Positions 26,101 to 36,931 of a DNA stretch of 64,000 bases are shown here, one piece after another (the stretch's first letter is position 1; every line of letters begins with the position of its first letter). Both the position numbers and the translations under genes were made by a program. Below the pieces are notes generated by a model. The model was not told the origin of the DNA. It saw only the letters and a program-made list of their open reading frames with translations, and made no database searches. The stretch spans positions 2,914,001 to 2,978,000 of the forward strand of contig CATNEN010000007.1 in assembly GCA_950097015.1 (NCBI GenBank), read 5' to 3'. This DNA comes from Macrostomum hystrix. Its lineage: Eukaryota; Animalia; Platyhelminthes.

Positions 26101-28097
26101 ACTAGCAACTAAGGAGAGAAAGAAATCCTCTTAACTATCTACTGCTTTTGTTTACAATTAACTAACTGCCGTCTCTATTAGCAACAAATCCTTCCGCAAT
26201 CCATGCAGAGTCTTCTAGTCGGTGATGCCCAGGGCAACATACACGTACTCAAGCTTGAGAACATGCCAACTGCGCCAAAGAATCAGGTGAGCTGCTTGGC
26301 CTGCGACTCATTGACAATGAAAGACTGAGAAAACTTTTCAAGTTACTGAAAGCGACTGATGAAGAGTTTGGGAGGAACTGATAGATACTTTATGAGGCCT
26401 TTGAGAGACTTAGTAGCTTTGATAGACACTTTGGCATCTGCTATCCCACCATCCTGCTATCCCACCATCCTGCTATCCCACCATCCTGCCATCCCACCAT
26501 CCTGCTATCCCACCATCCTGCCATCCCACCATCCTGCTATCCCACCATCCTGCCATCCCACCATCCTGCTATCCCACCATTCTGCTATCCCACCATCCTG
26601 CCATCCCACCATCCTGCCATCCCACCATCCTGCTATCCCACCATCCTGCCATCCCACCATCCTGCTATCCCACCATCCTGCCATCCCACCATCCTGCTAT
26701 CCCACCATCCTGCCATCCCACCATCCTGCTATCCCACCATCCTGCTATCCCACCATCCTGCCATCCCACCATCCTGCTATCCCACCATCCTGCTATCCCA
26801 CCATCCTGCTATCCCACCATCCTGCCATCCCACCATCCTGCCATCCCACCATCCTGCTATCCCACCATCCTGATATCCCACCATCCTGATATCCCACAAT
26901 CCTGCTATCCCATCATCCTGCTATCCCACAACTATAGTTTTAGTTTAGGAGGTCGGTGGCCTAGCGGTCTAACGCGTTTGCCTCTCGCACCACAGTCACT
27001 AAGTTCGATTCTGCGAACAGAGTTTGAGACTTTGGACGGGATCGGATTCTTCAGTTGAAATCGAATAATTAGTAGAACCGAATTCTATACTTCCGCTTGT
27101 TTATCTTTGCTCTCTTGCCAGCGCAGCTTCAGATTTCAACCTTTCGTTTCGTTCTTGTCTTGTCCGACCCTCTTCTCCGAGTGTTTCTGCTTCTTTATTC
27201 TCTCCTTTTGAAGAATTTCGAAAGTTCGATTACGCAACCAAGTGGGCTATCGCGCTTCTGCTGGTTGCCAGGCATTTCAATGGCCACGATTCTGGACATT
27301 TTCCACATTCTTAAACTTTCCCTGCTTTGCTTGGCATCCTCGAGAAAACATGTTTCATGGAAATGGAATTTTGATAGATATTCTGGATTTGAAGGGAAAA
27401 TTATTTAGACTCTGAAAGCACGATTGAAATGACATAACCGATAAGCCGAAGCTCCGAAAGCTGTAAATCCGTTATAAAAAGAATAATAAAATAACTTCCG
27501 TTAATTTTAAATCCAATTCAAAAGCCTCCGTTGTTGGCGAATCCGTTTAAAACTTTCGTTTAAATTTCTTTAAATTAAAATCCATTACAAGGGCTAAAAT
27601 CGGTTAAAAATAGCTTTCGTTACTTCCGAATTTGTTACAATTGTTTCAGTTCTTTTAAATAAAAAAAATCGGTAGGGTAAATGTTCTTACTAAAAATAAA
27701 TTCCTGTAACAGACATTATCGACCATGTTTGTTTAAGTTCTGTTCAACTGAATGGCACCGTTTTCATGGAGGTCTAAAACAACTGTCAAGATAAAATAAA
27801 TAATAAATTATCTTATGTTATCATAAATGGCGGAATTTTTTTATCCAAATGGTGGACTTTCACGAAAATCGGTCATTCGGTTTGGGAGGGCACTCGTGAA
27901 GTAGGCAGCGGGTATTTGAAATACCGGTCTTTCCCGATGTGGGAAAATAGCCTGGTCTTGCTACTGTTAAGTAGTATGATTCGAGCATACTAGTTATTTA
28001 TTATCGATTAATTCACCAACAGGCCGAGGCGCTGGACCGAGTGATTCAACTGGCCCTGAAGACTGAGATGAGCGCCAGCCAGACTGGGACGGCCTGA
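11108..28097 (+). CDS. DNAI4: Dynein axonemal intermediate chain 4 (WDR78), about 808 aa, 14 exons
   Basis: Phase-consistent exons: 11108-11329, 11408-11782, 11926-12208, 17500-17592, 18579-18685, 18759-18861, 19265-19428, 22318-22559, 22860-23150, 23313-23529, 23634-23731, 24417-24495, 26209-26286, 28023-28097 (2427 nt). Recognised motifs: [77 protein letters not shown]. Confidence 0.92.
12459..17310. repeat. 41-bp minisatellite, about 118 copies, in DNAI4 intron 3
   Basis: Unit gtgagtgttctaattgggttttgtgtgttctaagtgaattg; period 41 confirmed (12481 to 12522). Confidence 0.97.
17630..18200. repeat. Degenerate C/T-rich repeat (ttccgcc core) in DNAI4 intron 4
   Basis: Recurrent ctttccgccc/ctccttccgcc motifs with internal block duplications. 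Confidence 0.85.
18910..19195. repeat. Purine-rich tandem repeat (gagaagtagataagga core) in DNAI4 intron 6
   Basis: Repeated gtgagaagtagataagga(g)... blocks. Confidence 0.8.
19470..20510. repeat. 21-bp minisatellite (ctcaagttgtggattccctta), about 49 copies, in DNAI4 intron 7
   Basis: Clear 21-bp period; source of the spurious NLSKGI/QVDDSL/LKLWIP ORFs. Confidence 0.95.
20568..22120 (-). mobile_element. IS630-Tc1-mariner DNA transposon, apparently full length (about 1.55 kb) with intact transposase
   Basis: TIRs at 20568-20706 and 21992-22120 (TACTTTTTTGCGATTGAATTCGTCC...), flanked by TA on both sides. ORF 21865-20807 (352 aa from MNRGPY) with an HTH ([15 protein letters not shown]) and the triad FLDE / IFDGARAH / [11 protein letters not shown]. 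Confidence 0.95.
20807..21865 (-). CDS. Tc1/IS630-like DDE transposase (DD30E spacing)
   Basis: Uninterrupted ORF; 30 residues counted between the second D (DGARAH) and the E (NPTE). Confidence 0.9.
   Translation of the reverse strand: MNRGPYHPVSNEDRRRLALVVEEGRDWKQLADILGIKRKTAKTIVDTYVQTGRIEKLPSAGGRPKQLQEQQIESIIEFLEANPSAALQMMRNHLMQLGNEGQLPHVSTISRALDKQLVTLKLARQITFDWNNPVVKAARCEYAQWMMNEGHDRNQIFLDEFGLNLWTARTQGWANRGQPAVRTVRGQRGQNLTLCLAISPQWGLVHYALVEGGFRAQNFADFLVELDVLVEAEWVAIFDGARAHLQVPGLSPQHSTYQLPPYSPYLNPTERAGSSLKASVKRALAVPAIQHELSNRQAAAAANLTLHAWRMHILKREVEAALHVITQEKCQQWNNHTVGYYGRCLDYEDILN
22590..22812. repeat. 21-22-bp repeat (ccacctcactccgcagtgacac) in DNAI4 intron 8
   Basis: About 10 copies visible between donor 22560 and acceptor 22859. 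Confidence 0.85.
23790..24190. repeat. About 44-bp repeat sharing the cacctcactcc core, in DNAI4 intron 11
   Basis: Units such as cacctcactccaccaagtcttgcgctgcctagccctagatgacac, with a higher-order block repeated. Confidence 0.85.
24645..25049 (-). CDS. TCF15: Paraxis/scleraxis-family bHLH transcription factor (134 aa), nested antisense in DNAI4 intron 12
   Basis: [45 protein letters not shown] matches the TCF15/SCX bHLH (IPTEPxDRKLSKIETLRLA). The downstream ICIFC matches the family's ICTFC motif. Confidence 0.88.
   Translation of the reverse strand: MVGRSKQQEQQQQPPLKERRRTADVNAAFGRLRCCIPTEPSDRKLSKVETLRLAARYIAHLRAVLTTGCVSSSGPCALLALANSNNQHLGVSAAAAASTATTICIFCATEQRLWDRQQILMRQQQQQQQQQKHC
25243..25474 (-). 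mobile_element. tRNA-derived SINE, copy A
   Basis: About 230 bp, similar along its length to 34430-34673; the minus-strand head has A-box- and B-box-like motifs (gcggtcaacgcg ... gagctcgattcc). Confidence 0.75.
26440..26930. repeat. 16-bp minisatellite (ccaccatcctgctatc), about 30 copies, in DNAI4 intron 13
   Basis: Clear period; same unit as 31240-31791. Confidence 0.95.
26951..27013 (+). mobile_element. tRNA-like head of the same SINE family (truncated copy C)
   Basis: ggtggcctagcggtctaacgcgtttgcctctcgcacc...gttcgattc: A box TGGCCTAGCGG, B box GTTCGATTC; matches the reverse complement of the copy A/B heads. Confidence 0.7.
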
Positions 28098-28759
28098 GAC
28101 ATCCGGAGTTCGATTTCCGTGTTATACTTGCTTTCGAAAATTTTATCTCTGATTTTTAAACGCTAGGCAGGTTAAGATATTGTGAATTCTTTCTAATGTG
28201 ATTATTTGTTTAATAATATATTATTATTTTCTTGTTTGCAGCCTGTGCATGTAATTCGAGTGTTTCTTAGTGTTTAAAGTTTTTTGTGATAACGAACAAT
28301 TTTTGTGATAACTAATGTTACGAACAAACGTAACAAAAATTTATAATATTATTATGTTTAACATCATCATAAATAAATATTGAACTTACGAGTGTATTTA
28401 TTCAGCTAGTTCAATAAGAGTTCGAAAATATAATTTATAAAAATGATGACTTCAAATATACAAATTAATCAGATTGTTGCTTAAAAGCATTCTTTTTTAA
28501 GAAAATACTATTTCTGGAATCTAAAAAAATATGTTATAATTTAAAACTAGTGATTGCCATTTCATATTGTTTGAGTAAGTTTACAACTAAACACAAAAAT
28601 GTCAGCAATAGATAATGAAATAGTTTCACCAGTAACAAAATATAAAATTAAAATGAAAAGTTATTGAATCGTACAAATGTAAAAAAACATGTGAATATCA
28701 ATGTTTAGAATTTAGTACTATTGATAATTATAAATAATGCAATGATGATTATATACTTA

Positions 28760-29015
28760 ATTATCAGCCCTGCCCAACTCCAGAATTAAAAAAAAAACAA
28801 TTAAAAATGTTCAGCAGTTATACTGCAATGATGGTTATCTGCCGTCTGCCAGCATATACCATATACCATATACTTCATTATCAGCCGTGCCCAACTCCAG
28901 AATAAAAAAACAATTAAAAATGTTCAGCAGTTATAATGCAATGATGATTATATATACTTCATTATCAGTCGTGCTTAACTCCTGAATTGTAAAAAATTAT
29001 AATAATGTTCAGCAG
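28760..29015. repeat. About 100-bp unit, 2.5-3 imperfect tandem copies, upstream of the lectin gene
   Basis: ttatcagcc(c/g)tgcccaactccagaat...aatgttcagcagtta recurs at about 28762, 28878 and 28963. Confidence 0.7.
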
Positions 29016-29281
29016 TTAAAGGAAAAAATGCACTCCATGCAGAAAATTGACGACAGAAAAAAATGTGCCCACCACCTGGTAGCCAATGGCATGAATAGCT
29101 AAATGTTCAGCCAGTGGGACTTCCTCAATTCATAGCGAGAGACAGAAAAATGAGAGGTATAATAATGCTGCAGACTGCTTCAGCAGTACTTTATCAAGCG
29201 ATTTCAAAAAAAGAAAATTTCAGAACATTTCTTTGTTATGGACGTCACGAAATAACTAAACTTGAATTATAGAAAATTATC

Positions 29282-32200
29282 ATGAAACTCCGTGTGCAGC
29301 AAGTATTTTATTTATTTTGGTTCTTATCGAATGGCGCGTTGATCTTCGGCCAAGGTGAGGCTATTTTATTACAATTAGAACCGTAGATAGAATCGCTACG
29401 ATAGACGATAGAAGAAGCCATAGATGAAACCGCAGAGAGAACCGTAGCAGGAATCGCAGCTAGAACCGTAGCAGGAATCGCAGCAAGAACAGTAACAGGA
29501 ATCGCAGCTAGAACCGCATCAGAAATCGCAGCTAGAACCGTAGCAGGAATCGCAGTTAGAACCGTAGCAGGAATCGCAGCTAGAACAGTAACAGGAATCG
29601 CAGCTAGAACAGTAACAGGAATCGCAGCTAGAACAGTAACAGGAATCGCAGCTAGAACCGTAGCAGGAATCGCAGCTAGAACAGTAACAGGAATCGCTGC
29701 TAGAACCGCATCAGGAATCGCAGCTAGAACCGTAGCAGGAATCGCAGCTAGAACAGTAACAGGAATCGCAGCTAGAACCGTAGCAGGAATCGCAGCAAGA
29801 ACAGTAACAGGAATCGCAGCTAGAACCGTAGCAGGAATCGCAGCAAGAACAGTAACAGGAATCGCAGCTAGAACCGCATCAGGAATCGCAGCTAGAACCG
29901 TAGCAGGAATCGCAGTTAGAACCGTAGCAGGAATCGCAGCTAGAACAGTAACAGGAATCGCAGCTAGAACAGTAACAGGAATCGCAGCTAGAACAGTAAC
30001 AGGAATCGCAGCTAGAACCGTAGCAGGAATCGCAGCTAGAACAGTAGCTAGAGTCGCAACAGAAGCTATTGCAGCATCATAATTGAGGTTGTAACAATGT
30101 GAGCACTATTTAGAATCGCAGCTTGTTTTTGGGGTCTTAGAAAATTATTAACATAGAAAAAACGTCACAAAATTTGAGAAAACTTTAGAAAATTTCATTA
30201 CCAGTTTTCTAACAATCTACGATTTTTGAATTATTTAGTACGAGCTATAATTAAGAAAATTACAATGGCATTCTAAAATTACTGCACAAGAAAAACGTAC
30301 TACTATGCATCTGTTTGTAAGGCCTTCACTAAAGAGTCCAGAAAAATATACTTAAAAAAGTACTTAGAAGTTGCGATACTTCAGTACAATATGCTCATTG
30401 AACTGCGTGGTACGCGCGCACTACGAATCATTAAAAAGTTTTTTATAGACAAGGCCGACAGCCAACACGCAAATGCTTTTGTCCGCTCCAGCCTTTCATC
30501 AGCCACTACACCCAAGTGGAACTTTTGCTCCTAGCGCTGAATGCATTACCAATGCATTCAGCGTCAACTTCCCACCAATAAATACAACTGCTGCAGTCCT
30601 GCTATCCCACCACCTGGTATCCCACCACCTGGTATCCCACCACCTGGTATCCCACCACCTGGTATCCCACCACCTGGTATCCCACCACCTGGTATCCCAC
30701 CACCTGGTATCCCACCACCTGGTATCCCACCACCTGGTATCCCACCACCTGGTATCCCACCACCTGGTATCCCACCACCTGGTATCCCACCACCTGGTAT
30801 CCCACCACCTGGTATCCCACCACCTGGTATCCCACCACCTGGTATCCCACCACCTGGTATCCCACCACCTGGTATCCCACCACCTGGTATCCCACCACCT
30901 GGTATCCCACCACCTGGTATCCCACCACCTGGTATCCCACCACCTGGTATCCCACCACCTGGTATCCCACCACCTGGTATCCCACCACCTGGTATCCCAC
31001 CACCTGGTATCCCACCACCTGGTATCCCACCACCTGGTATCCCACCACCTGGTATCCCACCACCTGGTATCCCACCACCTGGTATCCCACCACCTGGTAT
31101 CCCACCACCTGGTATCCCACCACCTGGTATCCCACCACCTGGTATCCCACCACCTGGTATCCCACCACCTGGTATCCCACCACCTGGTATCCCACCACCT
31201 GGTATCCCACCACCTGGTATCCCACCACCTGGTATCCCACCATCCTGCCATCCCACCACCTGGTATCCCACCACCTGGTATCCCACCACCTGGTATCCCA
31301 CCACCTGGTATCCCACCACCTGGTATCCCACCACCTGGTATCCCACCACCTGGTATCCCACCACCTGGTATCCCACCATCCTGCCATCCCACCATCCTGC
31401 TATCCCACCATCCTGCTATCCCACCATCCTGCTATCCCACAATGCTGCTATCCCACCATCCTGCCATCCCACCATTCTGCTATCCCACCCTCCTGCTATC
31501 CCACCCTCCTGCTATCCCACCATCCTGCTATCCCACCATCCTGCTATCCCACCATCCTGCTATCCCACCATCCTGCCATCCCACCATCCTGCTATCCCAC
31601 CATCCTGCTATCCCACCATCCTGCCATCCCACCATTCTGCCATCCCACCATCCTGCCATCCCACCCTCCTGCTATCCCACCACCCTGCTATCCCACCATC
31701 CTGCTATCCCACCATCCTGCTATCCCACCATCCTGCTATCCTACCATCCTGCTATCCCACCATCCTGCTATCCCACCATCCTGCTATCCCACCAAAATCC
31801 CGCAGCTACTCCGCTGTGCCCCAATGGCCTGCTGACCCTGTCAGCCCAGCAACCAATTGTCAGCAAGGTCTGTCACGACCAGCTCTACGGCAGCCTTCTG
31901 TTGACATCGGGCAGCTGCAATAACATGGCGGTGTTCGAAGCTGCCCGTGTGCTCACAGACCAGCCGGACACTGTGGCCCTGCTGCTCAACTACCAGACTC
32001 AGCTGGTGTTTGTTGACAGGAGCAGTTTTTACATTCGAGTGTCGCCTCTGGCTTCCGCGGCTGACAAGCTGACTGCGGCCAGCTTTCGGATTCGTCAGCG
32101 AGACGGAGCGAGAGTCAGTTTGGAGAGCGTTCTGGCGCCCGGATATTTTGTGGGATTTGCGCTAAACTTCACTGGCTCCGCTGCCAACAACACGATGAGG

Positions 32201-35200
32201 CTGGATGCTGCTGAGTTTGAGTTCACTGCCGAGTGTGCCTCTGGTTAGTACGGGAGTTTTGCAATGCGCTGGGATCTGACGGACGGGGCTTTTGTACTTG
32301 GGTTTGGGGCTGGCAATTCAGTGGTGGGATTCTTTTGCTGGGATTCTACTGTTGGGATCCTATTGTTGGGATTCTATTGCTGGGATTCTATTGCTGGGAT
32401 TCTATTGCTGGGATTCTATTGTTGGGATTCTATTGTTGGGATTCTATTGCTGGGATTCTATTGTTGGGATTCTATTGTTGGGATTCTATTGTTGGGATTC
32501 TATTGCTGGGATTCTATTGCTGGGATTCTACTGTTGGGATTCTACTGTTGGGATTCTATTGCTGGGATTCTATTGCTGGGATTCTACTGTTGGGATCCTA
32601 TTGTTGGGATTCTAATGCTGGAATTCTATTGCTGGGATTCTATTGTTGGGATTCTATTGCTGGGATTCTATTGTTGGGATTCTATTGTTGGGATTCTATT
32701 GCTGGGATTCTATTGTTGGGATTCTATTGTTGGGATTCTATTGCTGGGATTCTATTGTTGGGATTCTATTGCTGGGATTCTATTGTTGGGATTCTATTGT
32801 TGGGATTCTATTGCTGGGATTCTATTGTTGGGATTCTATTGCTGGGATTCTATTGCTGGGATTCTATTGCTGGGATTCTATTGCTGGGATTCTATTGCTG
32901 GGATTCTATTGCTGGGATTCTACTGTTGGGATTCTATTGTTGGGATTCTATTGCTGGGATTCTACTTTTGGGATTCTATTGCTGGGATTCTACTTTTGGG
33001 ATTCTATTGCTGGGATTCTATTGCTGGGATTCTATTGCTGGGATTCTATTGCTGGGATTCTACTGTTGGGATTCTATTGCTGGGATTCTATTGCTGGGAT
33101 TCTATTGCTGGGATTCTATTGCTGGGATTCTACTTTTGGGATTCTATTGCTGGGATTCTACTTTTGGGATTCTATTGTTGGGATTCTATTGCTGGGATTC
33201 TACTTTTGGGATTCTATTGCTGGGATTCTACTTTTGGGATTCTATTGCTGGGATTCTATTGCTGGGATTCTATTGCTGGGATTCTATTGCTGGGATTCTA
33301 CTGTTGGGATTCTATTGTTGGGATTCTATTGCTGGGATTCTACTTTTGGGATTCTATTGCTGGGATTCTACTTTTGGGATTCTATTGCTGGGATTCTATT
33401 GCTGGGATTCTATTGCTGGGATTCTATTGCTGGGATTCTACTGTTGGGATTCTATTGCTGGGATTCTATTGCTGGGATTCTATTGCTGGGATTCTATTGC
33501 TGGGATTCTACTTTTGGGATTCTATTGCTGGGATTCTACTTTTGGGATTCTATTGTTGGGATTCTATTGCTGGGATTCTACTTTTGGGATTCTATTGCTG
33601 GGATTCTACTTTTGGGATTCTATTGCTGGGATTCTATTGCTGGGATTCTATTGCTGGGATTCTATTGCTGGGATTCTATTGCTGGGATTCTACTTTTGGG
33701 ATTCTATTGCTGGGATTCTATTGCTGGGATTCTATTGCTGGGATTCTATTGCTGGGATTCTATTGCTGGGATTCTATTGCTGGGATTCTATTGCTGGGAT
33801 TCTAGTTGTGGGATTCTAGTGTTGGGATTCTACTGCTGGGATTCTATTGCTGGGATTCTATTGCTGGGATTCTATTGCTGGGATTTTATTGTTTGGGACT
33901 GTCAATTTATCCCGAAGGTTTCTGAGCTTACAAACCCGCGCGGCCATTTGCAGTCTCTTCGATCCTGAGGTCCCGCGGTCAGCCCGCCCGCTTCTCCACG
34001 CTGAACTACGAGACCCTGCGGGCCTCTTCCCTGGTGGATGGTAATCGCAACGGTAACTGGGGATCCGGCTCCTGCGCTGAGACCTCCGCGTCCGATCCCG
34101 CGCCCTGGTTCATGATCGACCTGCTGCGCGACTTCCTCATCGACCGGGTCGACGTCTACAACAGGCAGGACTGCTGCCACACTCGATTCCGCCAGGTCAC
34201 ACTCGGCCTGGGATCCGACCCGCAGTCCTGGGCGGCCTGGGCTGCCAGCCAGTTCAGCCAGGCCGCCTACTTTGCCGGCCCTGCCAGCCTTAGCCCACAG
34301 GTTGCGCGCTTTCAGAAACTTTCGTTAATTTCTAATTCGTTACAACTAATAATAAAAACAAGAATTGCAGTGACACATAATTTGTTGCCACTTGACCCGC
34401 AGCCAGCGAGGAGGCAATTCTGCCCATTCCGCTGAATCCTGAGCACACACGCTCACTCAGGTGTGTACATCTGCCCTGGCTTTCCATCGTCAGGCAGTGC
34501 ACAATCTCTCTGTGCCTTGGAGGTTGGTCCTAAAGAGCGTAAATTGCACGAGACAAGCCTCCAAGCCTTCTCTCCGCGGCTGCGACCCTAATGAATGTGG
34601 CGTAGCCGTGGAATCGAGCTCAGTGACCTTGGTGCGAGAGGCAAACGGTTAGACCGCTCAGCGACTAACGCCCTACTGGCTCCTATTAAAAAATGGCTTC
34701 CGTTTACTATAAAATACGTTAAAAAAGTTTTTGACACTAATTATACTCTTGAAGGACTTCCGTTACTAATAAATTTGTTACAATATCGCATCTTCCGTTA
34801 CTATTCGAAGCGTTACAAAAGCCTCTCTGAACAATACGCAGGTCGTGCCATTCGCTGATATTCGTCGAGTTGGTCGCTTTGTCGCACTGCAGAAGAACAT
34901 TTCCGGTGTGGCTTCTAACCAGCTCATCATGAACCTGTGCGAAGTGGAAATCTTCTGCTGGGACGCATGTAAGCGGCAGTGACCTTTTCTGTTACGAGAA
35001 AGTTATCCAAGCCTCAGAACTCAGCATGTCTTATCTGCCGCAGTTCCTCTCGTGTCGGCGGATTTGCCAGCCGCATCCGGGTTCACAGACAGGCCCGGTC
35101 TGGCACTGGACGGCAACCTCACGAGTTGCTTCAGCGTGACATCGGCTGGCGATGGCAGCTCGGCCTGGCTCATTGTGGACCTGCTCCGCCCAGTTCAGCT

Positions 35201-36931
35201 GCACGAAGCCTTCCTGACTGTGTTCGGCCTGAATTCGACAGCGGGATTGGGCACAATATTCGCATTCTACGCCGTTGAGAGCGTCGGCTTGAACAACACG
35301 ATGATGGGCAGCGCAGTCTACAGAGAAAACAGCGACCAGAGGCTGCGGGCCTACCTCAACGATCGGATTGGGCAAAGAGTGCAAATTTTTGCTGATAGAC
35401 CCGGCTTGGCTATGTGCGAGATTCAGCTGCACGCCATGTCTGTTCGTGAGTGTACAGTAATGTTCACAGTGCCTATGGTATTCACCAACTGTCTATGGTA
35501 TTCTCAAACTTTCTATGGTATTCACCAACTGTCTATGGTATTCTTGAAATGTCTATGGTATTCTTGAACTGTCTATGGTATTCCCCAACTGTCTAAATGG
35601 TATTCTCCAACTGTGTATGGTATTCTCCAACTGTCAAAATGGTACTCTCCAACTGTCTATGGTATTCTTAAACTGTCTATGGTATTCTGCAACTGTCTAA
35701 ATGGTACTCTCCAACTGTCTAAATGGTATTCTCCAACTGTCTATGGTATTCTTAAACTGTCTATGGTATTCTGCAACTGTCTATGGTATTCTCCAACTGT
35801 CTAAATGGTACTCTCCAACTGTCTATGGTACTCTCCAACTGTCTAAATGGTACTCTTCAACTGTCTATGGTACTTTCCAACTGTCTAAATGGTACTCTCC
35901 AACTGTCTATGGTACTCTCCAACTGTCTATGGTATTCTATAACTCGCCAATCCTCCAGCGCCATCAGTCTGCGGCCTCAATGTCTCATTTCAACTTTGGG
36001 AAGCGGCCTCATCCACCGCTGAAGCATCCCGACTTTTGCACCGACCTGCGTTGCTGAACAGTAGTGACGCCGCAACACTCGTTGTCATGGCAACGTTGAA
36101 CGCTTCGACAACCGACATCCAGCCGCTGCGGCTGCTACAGAGGGCCGCTTTGAGCTCCGCATCGGCGGCCTCATTTGGTCGCACAGCGGCATCCTTTGAA
36201 GTAGCCGACGCTGAGCCGGGCTGGTACCTGGCTGTGCTGTCTGGTACTGCTGTGGGACTAACACGCATTCCTGGAAACACCAGCACTGTCGCGGTGTCGC
36301 AGCGACTGCAGTTGGCGAGCTTCAGCCTGACGCAGCAGCCGTTGAGCTGCTGCTCGAGCTACGAGATTCGCCAGGGCCCGACTGGCCGGCTGCAGCCTGC
36401 GGCAGCTGGCAACTCCAGGCAGCCGCTGCTGCTGATACAGGGGACTGGCGGCGGGTTCGTCGGCTTCAAGACCGCCTGCGAGACAGGTAGCGACACTCCG
36501 ACACATGTTCTACCTGATCTACACGATCTACCCGATCTCTCCAGTTGTCTACCCGATCTATTCGTTATCTACCTGATCTATTCAGTTGTCTACCCGATCT
36601 ATTCAGTTGTCTACCCGATCTATTCAGTTGTCTACCCGATCTATTCAGTTGTCTACCCGATCTATTCAGTTGTCTACCCGATCTATTCAGTTGTCTACCT
36701 GATCTATCCTACGAGTAATTTTGTTTCCATGCCTCCTAGTGTCTATCCAGTTTATCATTATGCCATTGAACGCGAAGCACACAGATATGAAAAGCAGGTA
36801 TTGATGCAGGTAATGTGATTTGATACAAAAATGATATAATACACGAAATCTACACTATTTCGTTGATGAAAGTACAATTTAAATTTTTTTAACTATTAGC
36901 GTCTGTCCCGTCCCGTCTTCCTTGGCACTAG
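29282..36931 (+). CDS. Secreted modular lectin-like protein (about 648 aa): signal peptide, AbfB/CBM42-like, F-type lectin (FTP) x2, AbfB-like
   Basis: Exons 29282-29354 (MKLRVQQVFYLFWFLSNGALIFGQ), 31806-32243, 33954-34300, 34842-34968, 35044-35445, 35959-36486 and a tentative last exon 36900-36931; all phases are consistent. FTP motifs: LVDGNRNG..GSCAET..PWFMIDL..VDVYNRQDCCHTR..MNLCEVEIF and LALDGN..WLIVDL..LAMCEIQL. AbfB-like: AASFRIR..VSLESVLAPGYFV. Many N-x-S/T sites. Confidence 0.8.
29420..30062. repeat. 24-bp minisatellite (agaaccgtagcaggaatcgcagct), about 26 copies, in lectin intron 1
   Basis: Period 24; member of the aatcgcagct family. Confidence 0.92.
30597..31791. repeat. Composite array: homogeneous 15-mer (ccaccacctggtatc, about 50 copies) embedded in the 16-mer ccaccatcctgctatc
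   Basis: Perfect 15-bp periodicity at about 30607-31240 and 31255-31375, flanked by 16-mer units. Confidence 0.97.
32340..33890. repeat. 14-bp minisatellite (gggattctattgct), about 110 copies, in lectin intron 2
   Basis: Clear period 14 with gct/gtt/ctgtt/ctttt variants. Confidence 0.97.
34430..34673 (-). mobile_element. tRNA-derived SINE, copy B, in lectin intron 3
   Basis: Shares gtacatctgccctg...catcgtcaggcagtgcac...ctgtgccttggaggttgg...ccaagccttctctccgcggctgcg...ggaatcgagctcag..accttgg.gcgagaggcaaacg with copy A. Confidence 0.75.
35470..35942. repeat. 20/22-bp minisatellite (ccaactgtcta(aa)tggtattct) in lectin intron 5
   Basis: Fills the intron from about 25 nt after the donor to about 17 nt before the acceptor. 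Confidence 0.92.
36081..36094. promoter_or_regulatory. Near-perfect X-box GTTGTCATGGCAAC inside a coding exon
   Basis: One mismatch to the palindrome; it overlaps the codons VVMAT, so it may be incidental. Confidence 0.25.
36510..36710. repeat. 21-bp repeat (gttgtctacccgatctattca) in the putative last lectin intron
   Basis: About 7-8 near-perfect copies. Confidence 0.88.

Noticed and set aside
30473-31923. Long ORFs with GIPPP/SHHLV/WWDTR/VVGYQ repeats resembling collagen or proline-rich proteins
   Set aside because: They are translations of a stop-free 15-bp intronic satellite open in all frames; the real gene splices from 29354 to 31806.
32233-33968. GILLLGFYCWDSIA repeat ORFs (up to 528 aa)
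   Set aside because: 14-bp satellite between a phase-1 donor (32244) and acceptor (33953); no codon-level constraint is evident.
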